Positions 11,867 to 24,573 of a stretch of DNA of 64,000 nt are shown here, piece after piece. The DNA is from Vicugna vicugna (lineage: Eukaryota), in contig MU058781.1 in NCBI GenBank assembly GCA_013265495.1, positions 4,093,050 through 4,157,049 of the forward strand, written 5' to 3'. How positions within the stretch are numbered: position 1 is the first letter of the stretch; every line of letters begins with the position of its first letter. The notes beneath the pieces are model-generated. The model was not told the DNA's origin, ran no database searches, and was given only the letters and a program-made list of their open reading frames with translations. The position numbers and the translations under genes are program-made.

Positions 11867-14800
11867 AATACCAGACTTCTCAAAAGAAACAATGAAAGTC
11901 AAAAATAGTAAAAGGATGTCTTTAAAATTCTGTGTTCACAGTGGGAGATTTTAAAGGTAAGTGAATGATAAACAAGCAACCAAAATCAGTAAGGCTGTAG
12001 AACGACTGAATGATGGATCCAACAATTCGATGTATCATTTTATAGAAAAGTCTCACCCAACGAGGGAAGAACATACATTCTTTTCCAGTGGGTGTGAAAT
12101 ACTTTCAACACCTGATTCTATGCTGGGTCATAAAGAAAATGTCAACACACTGTAAAGGACTGAAATCATAGTCTTTGGTTACAGTGGAATTAAGCTAGAA
12201 ATCAAAGTTAAAAATGAATGAAATCATAATAAAATACAGCCTATTAAAGTGGAATTATATAGCTTCAAATACATTAGAAAGGAAAAGATGCTGAAAAATA
12301 GTGATTAAGTATTTGTATGAAGAAGTTAGGAAAACAAAACACAACTAAACCCTTACAGAACAGAGATAAAGATCTCATAAAATCGATGTCAAATGTATGA
12401 CAATGAACAAAATCAAAAGTTGGTTTTTTGAAAAGGCTATTATATTAATAAGCTCCTGGGAAGACTATGTATTTGTGGGGGGTGTATGCGCACACATGTG
12501 TGCATGCATGTGTGTGTGATAAGAGACTGAGAGAAAGAATACAAATTATCAACAATAAGAATGAAAAAGGGGCATCATTACAGATTCTCCTTACAGTAAA
12601 GGAAAATGAAATATTATGAACATCTTTATGCTAATACATTTGATAATTTATAAAAGCAAATCTTATCAAAATGAAAACAGTGAGAAATAGGAATTCTGGA
12701 GAGTCTAATATCTATTAAAGTCAAATCCATTACTAAAATTCTTTTCCTCAAGACAGCTCCAGGTCCAGATGGTTTCACCAATGAATCTTCCCAAACTTTA
12801 ATAAATCAATCACACTGATCTTATATAATTCTTCCAGAGGATGAGAAAACAAAAAGACATTTTAAAACTTGTTTTATAAAGACAGATATAATTCAAAATA
12901 ATACAAGGGCATCATGAGACAGAAAAATTACAGATGAATCTCTTGCATGAATGTAGATTTAAAATTCTTAATGAAAATATTTGCAAGTCAAATCCAATGA
13001 TGTATAAAAAGTACAAATGAGAAACAGTTTGGGTTAATTCCAGAGATATAGGAATGGTTTAATAATCAAAAGACAGTAATTATAGTTTATCATATTAACA
13101 GAACAAAGGAGAAATATAAATTGAATAAATTATAAGATAGACAATATGGAATAATAAAAATAGAACAAAGATGTGGCCATCTCAATAGATGTAGAAGAAG
13201 CATTTGATAAAATTCAATGTGCATTTTTGATAAAATCCTTACTTATCAAAATAAAAATAGAAGTCATTTCGTTAGTCTGATAAAGTGTTATATACCAAAA
13301 AATCTACTGCAAAACATCTTTTTAAGGTAAACAACATTTTAAAGGTAAAAGAGTTAAGCCATCCTTTGAGATTAAGGATGAGAAAAAATACCTGAATCAC
13401 TTTTCTTCAGTGTTCTACTAGAATTACGGGCAAGAAAAAATACAAGCAAGGAGGTTTCAGAAGGAAGATATAAATACTATTGATATTCGTAGATGACATG
13501 ATTGTACCTTCATAAAAAGACAAAAGACTTTATAGAAAATCTATTAGAATTAAATAAATTCAGTGATGCCACTGAGTACATCAATATACAACAATCAGTT
13601 GTATTCCTAGATACAGTAGTCCCCGTTATCTGCAGCAGATGTGGTCCAGGACCCCCACTGGATGCCTGAACCTCATCATAGACTATGTTTTTTTCTGATA
13701 CAGGCAGTAAGGAGACAAGTAGCATATATAGTGTGGATACACTGAACAAAGGGATGATTCGGGTCCTGGGAAGATGGAGGGGAACAGTGAGGGATTTCAT
13801 CATGCTACTCGGAACAGCACACAATTTAAAACTTATGCATTGTTTATTTCTGGAAATTACCATTTAATATTTTCAGACCATGGTTGACCACAGGTTACTG
13901 AAATCACAGAAGTTTAACCTTGGGTAAAGGGAGACTACTGTACTAGCAACAATTGCAAGAGAAATAAAATCCATACCATTTACAGTATCATCCCCAAAAC
14001 ACCAAGTATCTAGAATAAACACAATGAAAAATGTGCAGGAAAACATTATAAGAGAAATTAAATAAGGTCTGAATAAAGGAGGAATGGACCATATTCATGG
14101 ATTAGAAGATTCAATATTATAAAGAAGCCAACTGATCTAAATATTTAGAATTTAGAATTTTTTTTTCTTTTGGGGGGAAAGCAACATGTTGATTATAAAA
14201 ATTTATATGGAAATGCAAAGGATAATAGCCAAGTACTCCTTGAATAAGAAAAATAAAATTGGAGGGTTCATTATATTAAGAGGTATTACAAAGCTGCAGC
14301 AGTAGTAAGAGAGCTTACTACTCATACAAAATAGAACATCAAGCAGTGTATTAGAAGAAAGTATCAAAAACAGAGTCCTTTATATAAATTCATACTTGAT
14401 TAATGAGAGAGTTAACACAGCAGTGTGTTGGTTAAAAGATGTTTTTTTCGTAATGATCTGAGTCAAGTAAATATTCATATGTCAAAAATCTTGATTCCTC
14501 TCTTACACCATATAAGTGACATCAGTTCCAAGAAAATTAAAGATCTAAACATGAAAGCTAAAATAATTCAACTTCTAGATGAAAAATAGGAGTCTATCTT
14601 CATAGCCTTAAGATGAGCAATTGTTTCTCAAACAGGACACAAAACAGTAATAACCATAAAATAAGCAATCGATTTATTTAAATACATTAAAAAAAACAAG
14701 AACTTCTATTCATGAAAAGAAAACAATAAGATACTGAAAATCAGGCCAGGGAGTGGGAAAAGATATTTGCAATGTATCTGTCTGACAGAAGTCTCCTATC

Positions 14801-15185
14801 CAGAGTAGATTAAGAAATACTATTAATAAGAAAGAAACAGACGACCCAAGAGAGAAATGGGCAGAAGTCATGAAGAGGTGCTTCAAAAAGAAAACATACA
14901 AATGGCTAATATACATACACATGCAAAAGTATTAAATTAGTTTTTAGGGAAATGCAAATTTAAGCTGTACTGTGACTTTGCTACACATCTACCATAATGG
15001 CTAAAATTAAAAAGACTGACCATACTAAGTGTTGACAAGGATGTGGGGTACAGGGTCTGACATCTCGTATATAGCGTCATACAGCGCAAACCGGTGCAAC
15101 GCCTTGACAAACTACGCGGCAGTGTCTGCTGAAAGCTAGCTGATACGTACCACGTGACTCCGCAGTTCTGCTCCTAGTGTTTGCT
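11560..15185 (+). mobile_element. Old, internally deleted LINE-1 (ORF1 3' part through ORF2), interrupted by MER44
   Basis: ORF1-like GAGAATTTCCCTAAACTGA and CAGACTTCTCAAAAGAAACAATG. ORF2-like CCAGGTCCAGATGGTTTCAC, ATCTCAATAGATGTAGAAGAAGCATTTGATAAAATTCAA, GATGACATGATTGT. Heavily frameshifted. Confidence 0.9.
13614..13940 (-). mobile_element. MER44A-like (Tigger7, Tc1/mariner) non-autonomous DNA transposon
   Basis: TIRs CAGTAGTCCCC / GGGAGACTACTG with TA duplicated on both sides (13612-13613, 13941-13942); 327 bp. Removing it rejoins the L1 motif GTATTCCTAGATA-CTAGCAAC. Confidence 0.85.
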
Positions 15186-15684
15186 GAGCAGCCCTCTTCC
15201 AGTTCTGCTCCCTTGCAGAAGTCCAGCGCTTTTGCGGGCCCAGGAGAACAGTGCATCACTGGGGCCATTCTCTGCCCAGGGTGCCATCTCCTGGGACTTG
15301 CAAAGCTGAAGCCCTCCTGCTGACCAAACAGTGCTACGCTTCCCGTCCTAGCTGGACCCGAGCCAAGCCGAGTTCCTCGGAGTCATGGGGAGCAGGCCTC
15401 CCCCTGGTGTCTACTTCGTAATGGAGGCCAAGGGCAGTTCTGCTGTGCCCCCTTTCTCTTGAAACCCCTTGGCTTTTTAACTGCTCCTGCCTGCTGGCCC
15501 TCTCTCCATAGACCAAGGCCACAGTTCCCAGGCTGCCCCTTCCACCTCGGTCATCATTCCTAGGTACCTGTCATCAACTTTCCCAAAGTGCAAGCAGATG
15601 CCTGCAGGCAACTTGCAACAGTAGCTCATCAGACACCCAGGTTCTAGCTTCTGCATTAGGCCTGTGGGGACCCCTGTGACATGG

Positions 15685-16170
15685 TGTGTTCTTTCGGCTG
15701 CAAGTAACAGAAACCCCAAATAGAACCTTAAATCCACAGACATCTGCTTTTCCACTTAAATCTGGAGGGAGGGGGAGGCTGGTGTTAAGGTTCAGTTGCT
15801 CAGTTGAGTCTTTAGGGAGCCAGGTGTTTTCTATCTGTTCACTCTGTTACCCTGAGTTGTTGACTTTTGTCGCCTGTCTTCGCCATCTTGTGGTTGTAAA
15901 GTGGCTTTTGTAGCTCACAGCATCAAAACCATGTGCAGGGCAGAAACACGGGGAAGGGATGGGAGAGTGGGAGAGCTCGCTCTTTTCCCTTACCTGTCTC
16001 TTTTATCAGGGGTCAAAGCCTTCCATAACCCAACCCTCATTCTTAGCAAACTTCCTCGTGTCTCCTTGGCCAAAACCAAGTCACACTGGCACCCTGGATA
16101 CGAAGGACACTGGTCAGTAAGTAGTATTTGGTAGTTCAGAATAGCTTCTGCATTAGGCAGCCAGCGGTGC
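15685..16170 (-). mobile_element. MaLR LTR (MLT1J/K-like)
   Basis: CTTTCGGCTGCAAGTAACAGAAACCC...CTTCCTCGTGTCTCCTTGGCCAAAACCAAGTCACA. Confidence 0.7.
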
Positions 16171-17729
16171 CAGAAGACAGTCATTCAGAACAACGAGCAG
16201 AAGCAGAGAGGTTGTATAATCTGCCTACAGCTCTGAATAATCGATTTGGATTTACCTGTTCAGCTTGTCTCTGGGGACAGAGGTGTCCTTGAGTAATCTT
16301 CCTCCTGCAGCCTTTGAGATTACGGGCTTGATTTTTCTGTGTTTGCAGTCAAAATGAGGTTTTCCTTTGGTAAATATAATGATTTCCTAATAAAAGTGCT
16401 AAATTATTTCACTGAGTGGAGACTCCAGACTCTCCTCCCCGCTACTTGTTTGAACATCAGGCTCAATTCCCCCAGCGTCATCCTAGACAGTTTGAGGGAG
16501 GCAAGGGATGAGAAGCCTCTGCTCAATCAACTATCTGATTAATACAGGTGCGGTATGCAAATTGCTGACTTTCTAAAAATCGGAATAAGATAAAACATGC
16601 TTGCAACCGCTCTTAGCATGTCTGTTTTCTTCTTCTAAATCTCTTAACATCTTCTTCCCCAACACTACCTGTTATGTGCGGTAGGATGTTGTATTTTTGA
16701 GACTGGTTTTATTTTTGCCTTCTTCTCTTTGCCCCGAGTTGCTTTCCTCCAGACTTCTGTGCTTTTCAGCCAGTCTTTGCTGACTATCTAACGTGAGCGA
16801 AGCACACATCCAGCTGAGAAAATGACAGGTTGCAGTATGTTTACACTGGTATTAAATCTAATCACAATATATGCCCTGATCTGGGCGTGGCACCTCCCCA
16901 CGAACAATAGATACTTATTTATCTGTAAGATGTTTTTACGACCTAGTTTCTCTGTCATTGCTCGGCGAGTATTTCCAGTCCTCTTCCATGATGCCTTTAC
17001 AGCAAATGCAGTGTGTCAGGAATTCGAGATTATCCTTTCCAGCGTAGTCGGAGGAGATGAATTGACAAGTTGTTTCTGTTTTTGTGTCTACCTGTATTTC
17101 ATGTGTACAAATACCCAGCGTGTATTGTAAATTGTTGCTATTTTAATGATTCCTTCCGTCAGAACAGTCCATGACCCTGCTTGAAGCTCTCAGCATGTTA
17201 AAGATGTGATGCAGTGAAAAGCTGAAGGTTTAAGGGAAAAGCAAGGATAGAAGAGATGGTTTAGAAAATGTAGGATGTGCTAAGTGAGAGAGGAAAGGCA
17301 GAGAGCCTGCACACGGGGTTTTAGGGCACAGTAAAGAAGGAAAATTCAGCTTGAAAGGTCAGGGTGTGAGAGGTGGGCAGCCTGACTGATGAGTTGGGTG
17401 GCGGGGAATCAGAGCTGCAGAGCCAGGGGTCCTGCCTGCAGCCATGCACCATCTCCTGCATGGAACAGTCACCCTAAGCTGAGCTCAAATCTCAAAGGCA
17501 ACGTGAAGGAAGCAGACATGGGCAGGAGGGCAGGGCAGTTAAAGGCAGTGCGAGAGTGCGAGTCTGCTGTTGAGGTGCTCTGCTAGCACACGCAGTGTCT
17601 TTAAAATTTTTTTCACAGACACAGTTTAATTGGAGCCTTAGGTTTTTTGTTTTTGTTTTTGCAAAATGTGGGTTTTTAAAAAATGTGTTTAAAAAAAATT
17701 CTGAAAAAAATTTTGTTTGCCTTTAAAAA

Positions 17730-17967
17730 ATAGCTTCATTGAGATACAATTCGCATGCCATGTAATTCATTCATTTACGTGTACGATTCAGTGATTTTTG
17801 ATATATTACATCATTAGTCTTTCTAAATCAGGGTGAAATATATCTCGCATAAAATTCGCCACTTGAACCATTTTTAAGGGTATGGTTCAATGGCATCAGT
17901 TACGTTCACATTGTTGTACAACCATCACCAGGATCCATTTCCAAAACTTTTTTTTTAACTCACCCAG
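17730..17967 (-). mobile_element. Two stacked L1 (L1MB-like) 3'-terminal fragments
   Basis: AGCTTCATTGAGATACAATTCGCATGCCAT, followed by CATAAAATTCGCCACTTGAACCATTTTTAAGGGTATGGTTCAATGGCATCAGTTACGTTCACATTGTTGTACAACCATCACC. Confidence 0.8.
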
Positions 17968-18725
17968 TGTTACTGAACCGAACTTGGGTCTAATTGCCCA
18001 CCAAGCAGTGAAGTCAGTCTGTTGACACCGGGTTGTGAAAGAAAGTACAGCGTTTATTACAAGGCCAGGCAGGGGGAACAGGCAGCGCATGCTGAAAAGA
18101 CTCGGACTCCCCCGGGGCTTTCAGGGAGGGTTTTTAAAGGCAACATTTGGGTTGAGGATTGCGGGGTGCATGGCCTTCTTCTGCCTGGTTGGTGGTAAGG
18201 TAACAGGGTAATGTTGAGGAATCTTAATCATCAACCTTCGGGTTCCAGCCAGTCTGGGATCCACGTGCTTGTATGTGTGGTCACCATCCTCTGCCTGGGC
18301 AGGGGTTTCATTTCTGCTGAACAACTCGAAGATATGTGTCAGGTTGTTATGTATATTCCTTGAGGAGGAACTGGGATTCTGTTTTATTGTTGAGCTGTTA
18401 TTACCACTTTTCTTGCTTGACTGCTTTTGTTTCTGCATTCTCTCACTTCCCTAACTAGTAACTGCTTGAGTCTGAACTTTGGAACTCAGGGAAGGCCTAG
18501 GAGACTAAAAGCCTTTTTCCTACAAATAAGAAACAGGGACACGAAGGGGCTTTTGTACCCGGGGAGGTCCTGCAGAGTCCTGCTCAGTTTCAGTCTCCCC
18601 TTTTCTTTGATACCCCTTAATCCTGAGGGAAGCGGGGGTAGGACAAGGAAAGAAAGAAAGTTTTGGACACAGAGGTTAATGACACCCTTGGCAGGGGAAC
18701 TCAGTTTTAGGGGGACTCGATTTCA
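17968..18725 (-). mobile_element. ERV1-class solo LTR (MER41/MER4-group-like)
   Basis: TG...CA termini, 758 bp. AATAAA on the minus strand at ~18053. Flanks CCAG/CCAA are a possible 4-bp TSD with one mismatch. Confidence 0.75.
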
Positions 18726-19269
18726 CCAACGTATCTTTTTATGACTTAAAAAGATGTCCTCTTGAGTGGGAAGACTGAAAAAAGATGCCTCTTCCTTTGG
18801 GCTGCCAAAGCCCAGGCCTGCGTATATTTCGTGGTGAACAGAGTGTGGCTGAAATTTTGCTCCCACTCACCACATGGCCAGGCCCGGTGCGCAGCCCCCA
18901 CACCCACAGCCTTCCCCAGCAGCCCTCCTGTCACTGTCACCTCGGCACAGGGGTCCAGACAGAACCAGGGCTTGTCATCCGAGGGGAGAGGCAACGGAGG
19001 AGAAGAGAAAGAGGCTGTTCTTTGTCAATCCCTGATTCTGAGGCCGGCCCAGTGCTGCAGGCATAGTGTCCCCCCCCTGAAAAGGACTGCTTCCTGCTTT
19101 AACTCTGTGAGTCCACCTGCCTCGAAGTGTCCCCTGCTTTTCCCAACTCTGCCGGAGACTCGGGGATCTGTGTGTCTGTGCACAGAGGAGGAGGCAGAGG
19201 AAAGGGCGGCTTGTGGATGTGAGAAGAGGATCGAGGAAGGCCAAGCTCTCAGCTGGCAAATCGGCCCCT

Positions 19270-19614
19270 ACTTCCCGGGGCTGCAGGGCCTTGTCCTGTC
19301 TGGAGGCTCGTGGGGAGAACTGGTCCTTACCTCTGCTAGCTTGGACGGCCCCAGGCTGCTAGCGGCGCAATCACAGTCTCTGCCTCTGCCTCTGCCTTCC
19401 TGGCCTTCTCCTCTTCTGTGTGTGTGTGTGTGTCTCTTATAAGGACACTTGTCATTTGATTTAGGGCCCACTGGGTAATGCAGGATGCTCTCATCTCAAG
19501 ATCCTTAATTTCATATCCTCTACAAAGACCCTTTTTCCAAGTAAGGCCACATCGCAGCTGCAGGCATGAGGACATGGACACATCTTGCTGAGGGCTACCG
19601 TTCAACCCACCACA
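19270..19614 (-). mobile_element. MaLR LTR (MLT1B/C-like)
   Basis: CTTATAAGGACACTTGTCATTTGATTTAGGGCCCAC...CTCATCTCAAGATCCTTAAT...TTCAACCCACCACA. Confidence 0.85.
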
Positions 19615-20416
19615 CCTCTCTTTGCCCTCTGCTAACCGCAGTGGAGAGAAAACCCTTTGATCCACCCACGGGTGAGGCTCAGCACTGTGTCACCCTGTGA
19701 CAGCGGTGGCAGAGCCAAGGCCAATGCTGGTGACAGATCTGTCATTTCTGAGCAGTGTGACCATTTCCATTTTAGGTTTAGATCACATGACGCAACCTGA
19801 CATTAGGTAACCGCCTTCCTGTCAGGTGTGTGCGCACCCAGGACCGTGGCGGCCGCCAGGAGATGCTTGGCTTTCGGGTCAGCCTTGGAGGGGTGGTCTG
19901 TGGCAGCTGACCTGTCCCCTCGGGTGGGCGCTGGAGGGCGGCTGGTCTTCCGCAGAGCCTGTGGCTCTGAGCCTCTTCTCCTCAGTCACGTCTGGCTGAC
20001 AGACCAGTGGAGGACATGCTTCCTTTTAAACAGCAGTTCCTTTCCTTCCGAGCAGATGTGGAAATCTGTCCCTGCAAGCCAGGGGCCTAGGGCGGAGGCG
20101 GTGGGGCTGCCAGCCGCCTCTCTGACTTCCTGAGATGTTTTCCTCCCCACTTCCCAGGGCCTCCTCCTTGTGTTTCCGGGAGACAAGCAGAGACAGAACT
20201 CACTTTGGAGCTCAGAGTTTGAAGAGTTCCGAGGCTGGCAGAGGGGTGGGGAGAAAGACTCTCTGGCTTTTTCTAGATGTTTTCTATGCAGAGAATTTGA
20301 CTTCTTCCTCTGAACACACATCAAGCTTTTCCCTTTTTCAGGGACCCACTGCAAGATAAGCAGTGTCCGGGTAACAAGGAATCGCCAAGTACGGCTAGCA
20401 GGACTTACCAGATGCT

Positions 20417-20418
<2 letters not shown>

Positions 20419-20456
<38 letters not shown>
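20419..20456. repeat. (TG)n microsatellite
   Basis: Direct observation. Confidence 0.95.
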
Positions 20457-20458
<2 letters not shown>

Positions 20459-21099
20459 CGCTGGGAGGATTAAAAGGGAAGGAGAGAAGCAAGGCAGTCA
20501 GTCACAGGCTGTGCACGCACGGAAACATAAATGAGACACAACCTCAAGACTTCATCGAGGGGCTGCGTCAAGGTGGAAGAGTCCCCTGGGAGAGCTAGGT
20601 CGGGGGCTTCCAATTAGGGGGATAAACAAGGGTTGACAGGAGGAGCGTTTCCACGTGAGCGAGAGGGACATGTAGCCGGAGACTGGATCCGGAAGGCACG
20701 GGTAAGGAGGGGAATGAGAGGTAAACCAGGCGCGCAGAGGACAACAGGGCCGAATGGGTGTCTTAGCTGGTGGCTCGCAGAAAAGCGAGAGCAGAGAGGA
20801 AGGTGGTTTAGGAGGGAGCGTCGAAAGCTCCGAAGGCTCTCATCGGCGCTGCAGGGGTCAAGGCTGGTTAAAAAAACCCGGAGAGCAGAATAAGGTCTTT
20901 GCAACGAGGGGCACGTACACCTGGGAAGCCTGTGGAATTAATAATTTCTAGATTTGCTTCTGAATGGATAGGTATGATTCAGACCTGTGCTTCATGCATT
21001 TAACCTATGAATGAAGGTCTCTCTGGCAGGAATTCCTGCCCCAAATGGCCTTCCCAAAGTGTGGGAGTTGGATGCAGGCTGTGATGAGAAAACCAAAGT

Positions 21100-21290
21100 T
21101 TACTGCACACTGGGCTGGGGGTGTGTGTGTGTGTGTGTGTGTGATCTCATGTCATCCTCACAGTGACTGTCTGAATCAGTTATCATCACTCATGAGGAAA
21201 CTGAGGCTCAGAGAGGTTTAGTGATTTGCCCAAGGCCACACAGTCAAAGTTACGGGCCTAGATCTAAACCTGACTCTGCTTTGCTCGAGG
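21100..21290 (-). mobile_element. MIR SINE containing a (TG)n tract
   Basis: ATGAGGAAACTGAGGCTCAGAGAGGTTTAGTGATTTGCCCAAGGCCACACAG. Confidence 0.85.
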
Positions 21291-23687
21291 CCTGTTCATT
21301 CCACAGACATTTTCTGCAGGCCAGCTCTCAGCCTGACACTGGTTTTCTCCCCGACAGAGCAGGAAGCCGTCCTGCCTTCCTGTGTGTTTTCCTTTTCACC
21401 GCCCCCCCTGGCTGGTGTGGCTGAGCTGACCCGGCAGCACCCGGGTTTTTTTCCCAGGCTGCACGCCTGGGAAGGTTCCACTCTGGCTTATGATGACTCC
21501 ACTGTCTTTAGAGCCTGTCACAACTTGTAGCTTGCCTTCTGCCCCTCCAGTGGGCAGCACGCTGCCCCTGATCAAAGCGGCCGCTCCCGTGGGGACGGCC
21601 CCGTGTGGGCAGAGCCCAGCGCGGGGCGCTTTGGAGCCTGAGCCCAGTGCTTTCTGCTCACCCCGGGCTGGGCTCGCCTGGAGGTGCACTCACTCTGTCC
21701 TGTGTCTTGGGCAGAAGAAAGGGGGAAGGGTGATCCCCTCTGCAGTCGGGCCCCTGCCGCTCTCCTTGCCCAGCAAATTTGGAACAAGTTCTTTGGGGAC
21801 AGCTTTTTGACAATACGCCAACCACCCATTCCTGAGACTGGAGGAAGGCATTAGGTCGCAGTGTGAGCAAACAGACGCAGTGATCAGAGTGAGGCAGATA
21901 CCGGACAAGAGGTGGGGCTAGTAACCAAAGTTCGACACGGTCCTTCCAGCCCTTCTAAACTTGGATCCGCCATCTACTGAACTGGTTTAAGAGCCTCCTT
22001 CCTTTCCGTTGGCATAATAGGATGTTTAGAGTTAAAGACTCACTGTCTCGGCCAAGGGGTATTGGGTAATAGGTCAAATTTTCAAGTTATTCTCTGCAAC
22101 CTCACTCTTGAAATTAAAGAAAAACTAGAAACTGTCAATAAGCTAGATTTCTAGTTCTGAAACATTTTTTTTTCTGCTTAATAGATTGTAAGGATTTTTC
22201 AAAATCTGATAAAACCATCCCCTGTTCAGGCGGCAGGCAGTTGGGATAAAGAGGGCAGAGGCAGGAGACCTGAGGATTCCACCCCAATGAGGCGTGGGCC
22301 CTGGGACCACCCCTGCTCTGCGCCTGACCTCGCTTGTCTCAGACGCAGCAGTGACCACAGTTCCTTCTCAGTGCTGGCGTCAGGCACAGCGCGACCCACT
22401 GGCCTTTAACCTCACTGAGGACGGGGCCTCCCTCCTTGGTCTTACTGCATCCTCACACCCAGCATGATTGGAGCATGTCCAGTGCATCCTTCTCACCGCC
22501 ACCCTCCCTCCCCCCATTCATCCTTTACACCACAGCGGTGTCAGGACTGAGATTAGCTTGGATCACTCTAAGCTCTTCCACGTTGCCCCACATCGTGGAA
22601 ATAGCCGTTTCCAAAGAAAAATTGACTTTTACACACAGCCACGCCCAGGTGGTAAAAAGGTCCGGAACCAAAATGAAAAGAGGAAGAAAATTAAATGAAG
22701 AAATGGGTGGGAGGGGAGGGGGAGGTGGGGCGGTGCAGAAACAAGACGGAGACCCACCCGAAAGGACTGGCCCGCACGTGTGCCTGATGTCCCAGCGGCC
22801 TCATACCTCTTGCTGTGCCTCTGAATGGAAACGGGATGGAACAATACGTTGGAATTCACAGCGCCTTTGAAAAGCAACTGATGTCCGCCTGCACTCTGAA
22901 TTCACCAAGTTTGCTTTTCTGACCAGACTGGAGTAGACTTGGCAGAAGACAAACCCCAAACCCTCCACAGCTGGGACTTCTAGCTCTGCCCTCTGTTCCT
23001 CCCCGGTATGTTCTGGGTGCTTACAAAGGCCGTGCCTGTTTCTACAAGGAATGTGAGCATGAGGTGTGTAGTTAATGAATTATAGATCAGTAGGGTCTTA
23101 CCTCTGATGGCCTGATTTAGTGAAAATGTACCGAGAGGTCTCAATCACATCGCTCAGCTGGATGATGGAGACGGTTCTGATCTGACGTTGAGGGATTTGG
23201 GCTCCACCAGTGCTGAGACTTGAACGAAGCACTGAGTGCCTTTCATCTGTCCTTAACTTGTTCCTGATTTGGGTTAATGGCGCCGTCCTCGAGTTCTGAG
23301 CCAGAGAAATCTGGAACAACCTGTAGCTCTGTCCTCTCTCTCAGCCCCCACGCCCAGGGGGTCACCCCGTCCAGTCATTCCTCCCACTTGCCTCTCCATC
23401 TTCCTCACTGCGTCCCTCACCTGGATGTAAGAATTCACCTCTCCTGTCTTCTAATCTTTCCTTGGTTTGATTCAACCTCCTGGATTCTGCCAGGTTTGGT
23501 TTCCTTTCCAAAAATCCAATCACATTGCTTCCATTTCCCTACCTCCGCTGGGTCCTACTTGACACAGGAGAAAACTCTGAAGTGTTTAGCCAGCCAGGCA
23601 AGGGTGTGTGTGTGGGGGGAGCCCATATTGGGGACACCCACACTGGGGATGTGCTGGACTAGTGCTTTGATCCTTGATGAGTTACTT

Positions 23688-23830
23688 TATTCATATTTAT
23701 TCATTCATTCATTTATGCATTTATTCAAAAGCAGCAACTTTTATTAAGCCCCTATTATGTGCAGGCAGCATTCTAGGCCCTGGAGATACCATGCTGAACA
23801 CAAAACCCACCCTGGCCCTCCTGGACTTGG
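23688..23830 (-). mobile_element. L2 LINE 3' end
   Basis: (TTCA)n tail, then TTTATTAAGCCCCTATTATGTGCAGGCAGCATTCTAGGCCCTGGAGATAC. Confidence 0.8.
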
Positions 23831-24331
23831 TCTGCGGTGGTCAGTCGTCCTCTCCTGCTGTGCTCTCCTATCCAGCCCAGGCTGATGGCTGAGCTGACGA
23901 GGCAGGAGGAGAGGGAGGGCGTGGGATGGGGAAGGTGGGTGGAAGCATCAGCACACATCGATAAAGATGTTGCTTTATCAACAGGGGGAAGTACCCCTGG
24001 CATTTAGCTGCCCAGGCTCCCACTGGCTGCTGCTCCCAGCTTGCTGGTCCCTGTGATCACTGAGCTGCAGAGTCTTTTTCACATCCGGGCTCCCTGCTCA
24101 TCCTCAAAGGCACGTGGTCAAGAATAGATGGGTGAAAATGCAGATTGAAAGAGAAAAGAAAATGTACCTGTTGGTCAAATGTACATGATTCTCCACACAC
24201 ATGTTGGGAGCTTAAAGTGGCTCATAAAAGACCAGTTTTGCTAAATCGAGCAATCCTACGGTGTCATTGGCAAAGTTCAACTGAGCACATCTTACACGTT
24301 TCAACCAGGTGCTCACTGAACAGAACTAATT

Positions 24332-24373
24332 GAAAGAAAGAAAGAAAGAGAGAAAGAGAGAAAGAGAAAGAAA

Positions 24374-24427
<54 letters not shown>

Positions 24428-24573
24428 AAGAAAGAAAGAAAGAAAGAAAGAGAGAAAGAGAAAGAAAGGAAGAAAGAAAGAAAGAAAGAAAGAAAAGAAA
24501 GGAAGAAAGGGGAAGAAAGGAAGGAACTGAAAGACATAAAAGGGGAAGGAAGGAAGGAACTGAAAGACATAAA
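24332..24573. repeat. Complex (GAAA)n purine tract ending in a 33-bp tandem duplication
   Basis: Only A/G from 24332 to 24526. AAGGAAGGAACTGAAAGACATAAA occurs twice with a 33-bp period. Confidence 0.97.

Noticed and set aside
18762..19442. Longest ORF (226 aa)
   Set aside because: No recognisable domain, non-ATG start, and it runs into an MLT1 LTR and a (TG)n tract; expected by chance in GC-rich DNA.
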